NCBI GenBank assembly: GCA_951406725.2
Contig: OX597822.1
Coordinates: forward strand, 14,632,001-14,696,000
Direction of reading: 5' to 3'
DNA: 64,000 nt
Source: Octopus vulgaris
Lineage: Eukaryota
Every line of letters begins with the position of its first letter. Within the stretch, counting starts at the first letter, position 1. The position numbers and the translations under genes are program-made. The notes beneath the pieces are model-generated. The model ran no database searches. It saw nothing but the letters and a program-made list of their open reading frames with translations, and was not told the DNA's origin. Below, piece by piece: positions 53,998 through 64,000 of this stretch.

Positions 53998-54024
53998 TAC
54001 ATATACATATATATATATGTATAT

Positions 54025-54534
54025 AGTAAAAAATGTAAGTTACGCATTTAAGTGTTAGTCTTCAATGGCATTTCCTGATTGTAAAGAACTAATATAATGG
54101 TAACAAAGAAAACAATCAAGGTAATAAATTCTAAAAGGCCTTTATTCGAAAGATTATTATTGGGCATATACCTAATTTTACTTGTGTAGCCTGCTTTAAG
54201 CAATGCCGTATTATATCTTTCACAATGCTTATTAAATACGTCCCAGTTTGAGGATAGATAAGAGATTCTCTGACTAATGCTACGTACCAGTGACTTTTTA
54301 ATTTGAGCGGGGTGATTGCTAGAGTAGTTTATATATACTAAGTTAGAATTAGGTTTAATATAAGGTTCGTGTATCCCATTAGTAAGGTTGCAATTGCCAT
54401 CTAAATAATTGACAGAGTAATTTTCGTTTTCAATAATTATAGATAAGCCAAAACTTTAAAAAAATTTATGCAGTCGTTTTTTCAGTAAATCTAGCCTCCT
54501 ATTAGATGTGTTTTTAACTAGAAACAAAACGTCG
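54025..54534 (-). mobile_element. PLE (Naiad/Neptune-like) RT palm/thumb segment, inverted
   Basis: Minus-strand VNYLD..NL..PYIKPNSNLVYINYSSNHPAQIKKSLVRSISQRISYLSS..YNTALLKAGY. Confidence 0.85.
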
Positions 54535-54849
54535 ATAACCTAAATAGGGAATTCCCTGAATTAAAGGGCGGACTATATAGAGACGACGCTTTGTTTCTAG
54601 TTAAAAACACATCGAATAAAGGTGGATCTATTACGAATAACACAAATAAATTTCGAAGGGACAATAATAATTGTAGGATAAAGAAAAATATGATATAATA
54701 TGTATGGCAATAATACTAGTTTTGGTACTTTTAGAGCTGTTGACATTAGTTTAAATAACTTAGCGCACAATAGTGATATTAGTAGTATTAATAATAATAC
54801 GTATAATATTAATGATATTATGTATGGTAATAGTAAAATTTATTTACGC

Positions 54850-54902
<53 letters not shown>

Positions 54903-55874
54903 TAATAATAAAACTAATTTTAAGAATGATTCTAGGCATAATCTTGGCAATATTAAATGTAGAGGGCATAGTGGATGGAAGAGGAACAGGGTTTTTGCCG
55001 ACAATAACAATTTGATAGGTAACCCACATAGTGATAATGATGCACTTTGGCTAATAATCCCATATGCAATGGAGATTAAGACAGATATAGTTAGAATAAT
55101 CCATAATTTATTGTATAAGCATTTTGTGAAGGGTAAGAATAAATTTAGCCAAATAATTAACAATAAAATTATTCAATAGGATATAGCCTTACGCACAATT
55201 TAGCCACCACCATCTCCTCATTTAATAATAGGAAATTAGATTGATTCAATAATGATAGAAAGATAAATTTGGGTAGTAGTAATTTGCCTCTCTATAACCG
55301 GAGAGGCAATAAATCTATTAGTGCGAACGTGAGCAACCCTCACGCTGGTTATAATAGTACTACACCTGTAGCAACAAATATCAATTTAATGGATGATACT
55401 GCTATTCGCAATAGTAATCCTATTGATAAGAATATCACCAATAATGTTAAACATAGACTCTCGTTAAATTTAGGATTAGGTAGTGGAAATGTGTGTAACA
55501 CTATTAATATGAACAGGGATGCAGTGAAGTGTGCCATGGTTAAATTTCCTCAATCTGTTAATAGCTGCAATTGCAGAAACAGAGATAAATGTGTGTTCAG
55601 TAATGAATGCCTGAGGAAAGAGGTGGTTTATCAATGCATTGTAAATACACAACATGATAGTAGGGTGTACATTGGTGCGACTAAAAATAGTATGAAACAG
55701 TGGCTAAACTATCATAGATATACTTTTAAAAATAGAAATAGGATGAATTCTACGGGGTTAAGTACGTATATTTGGGAACTTAAGAGTAAGAATATAGATT
55801 TTAACTTAAATTGGGAAATACTAACTTCTGCACCTGTATACAAACTAGCGTATACTTTCTCTATATTTAAATAG
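54535..55874 (+). mobile_element. PLE (Naiad/Neptune-like) ORF relic: RT motif, Asn-rich linker, GIY-YIG endonuclease
   Basis: GGLYRDDAL; IIPY..IKTDI..KHF; CNCRNRDKC..C..VVYQC..VYIGAT..HRYTF..STGLSTYIWELK. Confidence 0.88.
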
Positions 55875-56422
55875 TACCTACTTTTTCTACCAGCAACTTT
55901 TTAACATTCTTCTATATAGGATTGTGCTCTTGGACATTATAATTTATAATTTTGTATCTCCATATATGTGTTCTGTATTGATTGTTTTTGTCTCGGCTCG
56001 AAAATATATTGAAATATATGTGTATTCTGATATATACATGGTATTCTGAACTTCATGGAGTTTTCCACTGGTGTCGGGCGTATATGCGTATCATATCTTA
56101 GGGCGCTGGTTTGGGACTTTGTTATACTAATATGTAACGAATATGGGTCTATATTTAGTATACGTTGTTTATTTTTGGATGAACATGTATATGTATATTT
56201 ACTTATATTTTGAGTGTACGTGTATGTATTTGTCAGTATGTATATGTATATGTTTATGTGTAGGTGTATATATTAGTCTACGCATACTTGTGTATACGTA
56301 TGTGGATATATGTAATTGTATATATATATATATCTTCCTTGTAAGCTTTCCCATGTATTTGTTTGGTAGTCTTATATATTAAGTTCTCTTTGTATTCATC
56401 TTAATTTGTATTTTATTTTATT

Positions 56423-56469
<47 letters not shown>

Positions 56470-56489
56470 CTTTTTTTACCTCTTTTTAA

Positions 56490-56875
56490 CTTGTTTCAGT
56501 CATTTGACTGCGGCCATGCTGGAGCACCGCCTTTACTCGAGCAAATCGTACCCGGGACTTCTTCTTTGTAAGCCCAGTACTTATTCTATCGGTCTTTTTT
56601 GCCGAACCGCTAAGGGGACATAAACACACCAGCATCGGTTGTCAAGCAATGCTAGGGGGACGAACACAGACACACAAACACACACATACACACATTTATA
56701 TATACACATATATACGACGGGCTTCTTTCAGTTTCCGTCTACCAAATCCACTCACAAGGCTTTGGTCGGCCCAGGGCTATAGCAGAAGACACTTGCCCAA
56801 GATGCCACGCAGTGGGACTGAACCCGGAACCATGTGGTTGGTTAGCAAGCTACTTACCACACAGCCACTCCTGCG

Positions 56876-56878
<3 letters not shown>
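56490..56878 (-). mobile_element. Full-length SINE family A
   Basis: Reverse complement of the 2398/14043 consensus. Confidence 0.88.
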
Positions 56879-56924
<46 letters not shown>

Positions 56925-58412
56925 ATTATTTATTGTTTTTTATTTTTCTCCTTCTTTATTATTACTATTATCATTACTTTATTTAATTTAATTTTATTTT
57001 TTATTCATTAATTATTATTATTTTTTTTATATATATTTTTTATTTATTTATTTATTTATTTATTTATTTTAAAGTAATGGCACTTATTAATTTATAATTA
57101 ATTTATAGCTTACGTTGTATATTTAATAATAATTTCTGTTAACATATTATTTATGTATCTATATGTCCTTCGGTGGGCAGACATGTATTTCTGTAATTTC
57201 GTAAGTATATGTGGATATGTCGACATGTGTTCATATGTATATGTATGTGTATGTGTATTTTTATATGCATATGTATATTCATGGGTGGATATATGTGTAT
57301 ATGTTTTTCTTATACATATGAATACATATATAAGTGTGTATATATGTATATGCAAATGTTTGCGGATGCAGTGCATGCGAGTGTATATATGTTTATAGAT
57401 GTGTGCGGGTGTGCGTGTGTGTGTGTATGTATATATGTTGGTGTAGTTTTCCCATGCCTGTGCTTGTTTATTAGTGAAAGTTTGAATGGGAACACAGTCG
57501 AAATTGTGGCTATATGGAAGTTTCAATAGCACGATAAATTGTTTACGAAATATACGGTGTTATTTTAATTATGTATCTTATACTAATAACGTACATCGAC
57601 TGGGTATGGGTGTCTGTGTGCTTGCTTGTATGTATCTTTATAGATATATGTGAGTAGTTATGTATGTAAACATATATGTGTGTATGTAAGCTAGTACCTC
57701 CTGTATTGTGATTTATCCATGTATATATGTGTAAGCGCACGTTTACATGTGTAAGTATGTAAGTATTTCTTAACAAACCAACCGTAACGAAGACAATTGA
57801 AATTTAAATGTGCCGGCCAATCATATTTAGCGTTCGATTCTTAACTATTTCTGAACGTAATACTTTACACATATCACAGTCGAAATTATGACCTGCACTC
57901 GCATATATGTTTGTACACTTGTGGAACTTAATATCATGTAAACCAATGTTTTTCATTTTTCATTTTATATGTATATGCCAATCTTTAATGCTTTGCATGG
58001 TACTGTAGTATTATTGTTGTTGTTGTTTTTGCTATTATGTTGCTAACCGCATGATGCATATATTGTTTTGCTGGTATTAATGTTAATAATAATAATAATA
58101 ATAATAATGTTATTAGTAGCAATAGTGGCAATGATAATAGTAATGATGGTAATATTAATGGCATTTTGTAACTTAATATAATGAACTCTTGACTTTGTAT
58201 ATCTGCATTTGAATATGGATATGTGTATGTTTTCTATGTTGTAATATCATAATATTATGTTGACCAACTGTAACATTGAATATAGAACATATGTTTGTAT
58301 ATTGATTTATATTATTATGTATATGTATATATATATGTATAGGAGTATGGATGTACTATTGTATGGATGTACCTCCTCTGATATTCATATTTAATTTAGT
58401 TTATATTTCATA

Positions 58413-58517
58413 ATCTCTGAAGAGGCCTTGGGATATATTTGTAAGTGTCTCATTTATAACTACATATTGACCTATCACACATGGCTAATATCTGCATGGC
58501 CGAAACAGCTGTAAGAT
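58413..58517 (+). ncRNA. Type-I hammerhead ribozyme with 70-nt loop II
   Basis: ATCT-CTGAAGA-GGCC(N70)GGCC-GAAA-CAGCTG-TA-AGAT; predicted cleavage after 58513. Confidence 0.75.
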
Positions 58518-58761
58518 GTAGTTTATATTTATATTTGTATTTATTTATATTCACTTATACATACTGTACTTATTGTATCATATTACTCTTTCATGTACAT
58601 TGTTTTGTTCTATATTATTATGTTTGACCTTAATGTTCATATGTAGTGGTTTAATAAATTATGTGATTGGGTATTATCTGGTAGTTGATCATTGATTAAG
58701 ATGTGTTTCTCCATTTTCTTATTTTGTATATATATATATATATATATACATATATATATAC

Positions 58762-58843
<82 letters not shown>

Positions 58844-59604
58844 TAGACTAAAACAATTATCTATGCATTAAAATTGGCTAAAATTGATGGATGGGCTATG
58901 TGACTGAATTGGGTGAGTACGGAGCCATGTAAGCATTGACGTCGTGTTCAATTCTCGGTCATTCGATCATCTTTTTAGGCTTAGTCACTTTAAACGAAGC
59001 ATATATTATAATATAAATGATACATACATACATAAATACACACACACACACACAAACAAACACACACACACACACACACACACATATATTCTGTGTGGCA
59101 ACCCGTCGTGTGTATGTGTGTGCGTGTATGTGAGTGTGAGCGTAGATGTATGCATGTGCACATGCATGTATGTATATCTATATATGCGTATGTAATTTTT
59201 GTCCAGCCGAATTCACAACTGATGTCGGTTTCTTTAAGTTCTCGTAATTGAGCGGGTCGCTAAAAAAGCGATAAAAATGTACCACGCTTTATAATAAGTA
59301 CTCAAGTCGATTTGTTCAACTAAACACACCAGCATGGTCCCAGTCCAATGACTGAAACAAGTATTGACAAGATGAATGCTAAATGATTAATAGTTAGGTT
59401 TATGTGAAGATATTTCATCGAATGGACATTAAGAAACGCCATGAGAAAAGGTTATAAAATGAAGACAGAGACAGCGTTAAGGAAATGCTTTACATATTCA
59501 AGTTGATGAAGGGAAGCTACTCTTATTTAATTCTTATATAATGACCTCCCTTGAATATTTCTGCCTATCTTTGAATGTTAAGGGAGAAATGATTTTAAGA
59601 TAGG

Positions 59605-60165
59605 CGTGTGAAAAATACCGAGTATTCGAGAAGTTCCAAACTGTGCTGTTTTCTACAAGTTCTCCACCCTTATTGCAGCCCTTACTTATTCCATGTACTT
59701 TTCGAGATTTTTACTCACCGTTGCAAGGGCTCCGACGATTATTGTTACTACTGCCACCTTTCACATCGACCACAACTGCTTAACCTCCCAAGCTAACCTG
59801 TCATATCTATCGACTTTTCTTTCTTCCTTATCGCATACCTTGTTGTCAGCTGGGAATGCTATATCTATGATCCAGCATCGTTTGCTTTCTTTCTCAATTA
59901 ACACTATGTCTGGTCGCACTGAATCATGAAATCCCATTGGATCTTTGCATTATCATTGTCGATGATGCCTTCAGGTTGATGTTCGTACCACTTTTTTGTG
60001 GTACCATACTTGTAGCAAAATGTCCAATGGACAATCCTCGCTATATTGTCATGATCTCTCTTATATTCATTCTGGGCTAGCGGCGTACGATTTCACCATT
60101 TTGTCCATAAATTCTGCACTTATCACTTTCTCATGTGTTGTCTATTCTATATTTAATGTAATTTG
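59605..60165 (-). mobile_element. R4/Dong-like LINE 3' fragment (Zn knuckle and RLE) abutting (AAT)n
   Basis: HDNIARIVHW..KWYEHQPEGII..WDF..IVLIEK..CWIIDIAFP..YDRLAWEVKQLW..IIVGAL. Confidence 0.85.
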
Positions 60166-60208
60166 TTCTTTATTATTATTATTATTATTATGGTTATTAT
60201 TATTATTA

Positions 60209-60264
<56 letters not shown>

Positions 60265-60315
60265 GTTGTTGTTGTTGTTGTTGTGGCTGCTGCTGCTGCT
60301 GTTGTTGTTGTTATT

Positions 60316-60903
60316 CAGGTCACTGCCAGGAATCGAACTCGGAATCTTGGTGTTAGTAACCCGCGCTCTTAACCACTACGCCATATGATATGCCCTTGGT
60401 CAATTATGGAGTGAATTTTAGGGCTTATAAATCTACTATTTTCCTATCCTTCCTTAATACCGGTTCCCATATGCTATTCATATCTGCACTCGGTCTGCTT
60501 AGGAGGTTGTTGTCCTAGCATATGTGCTGCTTCTTTTAGTTTTCATATTTTCCGGTGGTCTTCTCTGTCTGTTATTTAACTTCATCCCACAGGGGGAGGT
60601 GGTCTCCATTTTTCCATACATGATCAGCTATACCCGATTTATCGATATCTTCTCGTGTCACAGTTTTGTGATGTTCGTCTACCCTTATTTTGAGGGGGCG
60701 GCATGTTCACCTTTGTATAACCTACCACAGGTGCATGGAATGGAGAACATGCAGTCTTTGGTCATATTCTCTTCTATTGGTGGTTTTACCTGAATGAGAT
60801 TTTTGCAAAGTGTTGTATTACTCTTGAATACTGTCTTGATATCATATGGGTCGCATATCTTTTGTATCTTTTTGGAGAGGCTTTCACATAGGGTAGACAG
60901 ACT
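60316..60903 (-). mobile_element. Poseidon/Penelope-type PLE: GIY-YIG domain, ORF end and tRNA-like cassette (60318-60385)
   Basis: TVFKSNTTL..VKP..CMFSIPCTCGRLYKGE..RVDEH..SGIADHVW; A-box TGGCGTAGTGG and B-box GTTCGATTC just after the ORF end. Confidence 0.85.
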
Positions 60904-61166
60904 CTCCGCTCCAATTAGGAAGAAAAGAGAGGATGAAACCGATAAACTGTCCACAGTCTGTCTACCCTATGTCAAAGGCCTCTCCGAAATAATAGATAGA
61001 GAACCCCACTGGAAAATACGGAAACTAAAAGAAGCAGCACATATGTTAGGACACAACAACCTCCTGAGCAGACCGAGTGCAGATATGAATAGCGTATGGG
61101 AACCGGTATTAAGAAAGGATAGGAAAATATTAGATTTATAAGCCCTAAACTTCACTCCATAATTCA
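60904..61166 (+). mobile_element. Inverted partner copy of the same PLE with internal deletion
   Basis: VCLPYVKGLSE|IIDREPHWKIRKLKEAAHM..SVWEPVL..*. Confidence 0.85.
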
Positions 61167-61192
61167 CTCACTACTAACAAACTTTCTGTCTG

Positions 61193-61231
<39 letters not shown>

Positions 61232-61249
61232 AGCGTTTTTTCTGGAACT

Positions 61250-62170
61250 ATAACCTTGTCTTACTACTACTACTTGCCGAAATTACCTTCGGGAATCTCC
61301 CTTGCAACGCCTGCTCCTGCAAATCAAATAATTCCTGTTCTTTTTTCTGGCTTTTAAGTTCGTTGGTTGTTTTGGTTTCCGTATGTCTTGCTGAGATTTT
61401 AGCAGCTTTTAACAAACTATCTTCGCTATTACTTACATAGGAGTCTATATCTACTCCAGCTAACACCACGCAGTTTTCTACTGACAATCACTTTCTTCCA
61501 CGTTCATTTCTAGGTAAGCGTAATCTTGCTACTCCTGCCCTTGGATGAAGTCTTCCATTCATATTGAATTCCTTTCTGGTTCTTCTGTCAAGCTTTGCTA
61601 ATTCAATTTTTGTCCAGTCTACAAAAGTTGCTGAGTATCTAAGTAATCATACTGCCCAAAGTATTTACAACCTTCACTAGATTCGAACCATTCAGCTTTT
61701 ACTTCATTAGCTTCATCACCCTTCAGATGTACTCCTTAATTTTCGTTTTCATTTCTGTAGTTTGTACCCTGTCATATTCTGATACTCCTAGATACTTCTA
61801 ACTCTCTCCTCCTTTCAATGATTTTAATGTCTGACCATCAGGTGGTAGGATGCCTTCGCTGTTGACTACCTGTTCCTTTCTCATTACTAATATTGCATAC
61901 CTTTCTATACCAAATTCCACGCTTATAACTTTACTGAAGAGTCTTACAGTCTCTATTAAGGAATTTATCTCTTTTTCATTCTTAATAAATAGCTGCAGAT
62001 TATCCATGTAGAACATATGGTTAACTGTTCCCTTGCTATTTCAGAACTGGTACCCTGACTTTGCCTTCCTCAATACTAAACTTGGAGGGTTCAAACATAA
62101 GACAAATATTATAAAGGAGACAACGAGTCCACCTGAACAATTCCTCTTTTGATATTAACTCTCTCTAAGA
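61250..62170 (-). mobile_element. R4/Dong-like LINE reverse-transcriptase fragment
   Basis: HMFYMDNLQLF..INSLIETVRLFS..EFGIE..KYLGV..LHPRAGVARLRLPRNERGR. Confidence 0.85.
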
Positions 62171-62690
62171 GTGTGTCACCTGAGCAGAGATCTACTTCCC
62201 ATTTCTTCACGATAAAACTAATTAATTCTCTTATGTTGTCTGCTATACTGAATTATTATCATTGTTATCATCATCATCATCATCATCATTGTTGTTGGTG
62301 TTGTTGTTGTTTTTCGATTGAGTATCTAGTGAATCTTCCAGGTTCCCCTTCGCGAAGGAAATATAAACAGTTCTCTCTATATGGTTTTGAAGTATCGTAC
62401 CTTAGAACATGGCCATTCTTCATCATTTATTACCAATATTAATCACAGAATATGTGAGTGTTTGCTTAGTTAATAGTTTGCTAAATAAGAACGGGATTAA
62501 AATGGGTTGAACCGAAAGAATTGGTCCGATCCCGATCACATAGTAGCTGTATTCGTAAGTGTTCATGTATTCTGAGAAGATTCCTGCAAACAACAAGAAC
62601 AAGAAGAGCAACATTAAAGACGAGTCACCAGATTTGAATATTCAATAAATAAATAAATCAAATTTATTTCTAATCATTAATATCTATGGT

Positions 62691-62890
62691 AAGGCGTCAA
62701 GCGCCGGACAAAATGCTTAGCGGTATTTAGTCCGTCTTTACATTCTGTGTTCACCTACAATCGAGGTCAATTTTGCCTTTCACCTTTTGGAGGTCGATAA
62801 AACAAGTACCCGTTCAGCAATGGGGGGTCAATGTAATCGATTTACCCTTCCCCTGTACTCGCTGGCCTTGTGTCAAACTTTCAAACCAAT
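62691..62890 (+). mobile_element. SINE family B (diverged)
   Basis: GCCTTTCACCTTTTGGAGGTCGATAAAACAAGTACC central domain. Confidence 0.7.
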
Positions 62891-63089
62891 ATCTATGTTA
62901 AGCACTGTCTCGTGTGTTCGTATTCATAGGGCCCGTGAACTGGTTTCCGTAGTTCAGAAGTGATCGAGAGCACAATATCTACCCAAACATTCCGGATGTT
63001 CAAGCAAGTCACATAAAGACTGATGAAGGTAATTTTTTAAATCCAACTGAAAGAAAATAGCTGATGGCAAGAACAGGGGAATCAAACTT

Positions 63090-64000
63090 ATGAATAGTAA
63101 AAAGTACCTGCAAACTGGAACACTCAATGTAAGAAGACTTAGGGAAAAAGAGACACATCTGGAGATGGCTAACAACTTTAATAGGTGCAAACTAAACATC
63201 CTTGAAGTACTTGAACACAAAATAGTACATGAAGATAGTACTTAAGGCGGTGAGCTGGCAGAAACGTTAGCACGCCGGGCGAAATGCTTAGCCGTATTTC
63301 GTCTACCGCTACGTTCTGAGTTCAAATTCCGCCGAGGTCGACTTTGCCTTTCATCTTTTCGGGGTCGATTAAATAAGTACCAGTTACGTACTGGGGTCGA
63401 TGCAATCGACTTAATCCGTTTATCTGTCTTTGTTTGTCCCCTCTGTGTTTATCCCCTTGTGGGTAGTAAAGAAATAGGTATTTCGTCTGCCGCTACGTTC
63501 TGAGTTCAAATTCCGCCGAGGTCAAATTTGCCTTTCATCCCTTCGGGATCGATAAATCAAGTACCAGTTACGCACTGGGGTCGATCTAATCGGCTTAATC
63601 TCTTTGTCTGTCCTTTTTTTGTCCCTTCTATGTTTAGCTCCTTGTGGGCAATAAAGAAATAAGATAGTACATGAAAAGGACCTTACTCTCATTGAGTAAG
63701 AAGAAGTATTAATGGTGCTGCAGCAGGAGGGTAGGATTAGTAACCAACGGTTTGGCAGAGAAAGCATTGGCCAAATTAATACTGGTAAATGACCGAATAG
63801 TCACAGCCACGTTTAATGGAAACCCATCCACCACCAAAAGTTATTACCCAGGCACACACAGAGGGAAGCAAGGATGCAGAGGAGCACTACGAAACAATGA
63901 CAAATGTCATCAATGAAATAGCAAAACACCATGTTAACATAGAATGCGGTGATTTTAATGCTTATTTAGGGGAGGATGTAGTCCCCTACACATTCTACAA
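63090..64000 (+). mobile_element. RTE-clade LINE AP-endonuclease region (decayed, runs off window)
   Basis: GTLNVR..NILEVLEH..GG.GL..VNDRIVTATFNGNP..GDFNA motifs. Confidence 0.8.
63242..63660 (+). mobile_element. SINE family B with tandemly repeated body, inserted into the RTE element
   Basis: Full unit to ~63478, then a second unit lacking the A-box; target-site duplication AAGATAGTAC at 63232-63241 and 63661-63670. Confidence 0.88.

Noticed and set aside
55556-55874. Selenocysteine-recoded Naiad PLE
   Set aside because: The conserved Cys positions use TGC/TGT; no in-frame TGA or recognisable SECIS was seen.

Overview
Eukaryotic, AT-rich, gene-free window saturated with microsatellites. 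The SINE families and (TA)n/(CA)n/(GATA)n density suggest an octopod (coleoid cephalopod) genome; this is inferred, not verified. No host protein-coding gene is supported, and almost all listed ORFs are microsatellite read-throughs. Recognisable content: at least five tRNA-headed SINE families; decayed LINE fragments (CR1/L2-like, L1/Tx1-like, R4/Dong-like, RTE-like); one near-full mariner and several Tc1/mariner MITEs; a ~48 x 37-bp minisatellite; and two classes of Penelope-like element (PLE) relics. The most notable signal is a dense PLE-associated hammerhead-ribozyme (HHR) system with 13 type-I HHR motifs read by eye. It includes ~200-bp non-coding HHR elements embedded in (TA)n, one family of which has a fixed A6U core change. 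It also includes a PLE whose 3' region joins a tRNA-like Pol III cassette, an (AAT)n tract and an HHR. Many of these insertions show a recurrent 5' fold-back (snap-back) junction. Coordinates were counted manually; repeat boundaries are approximate.
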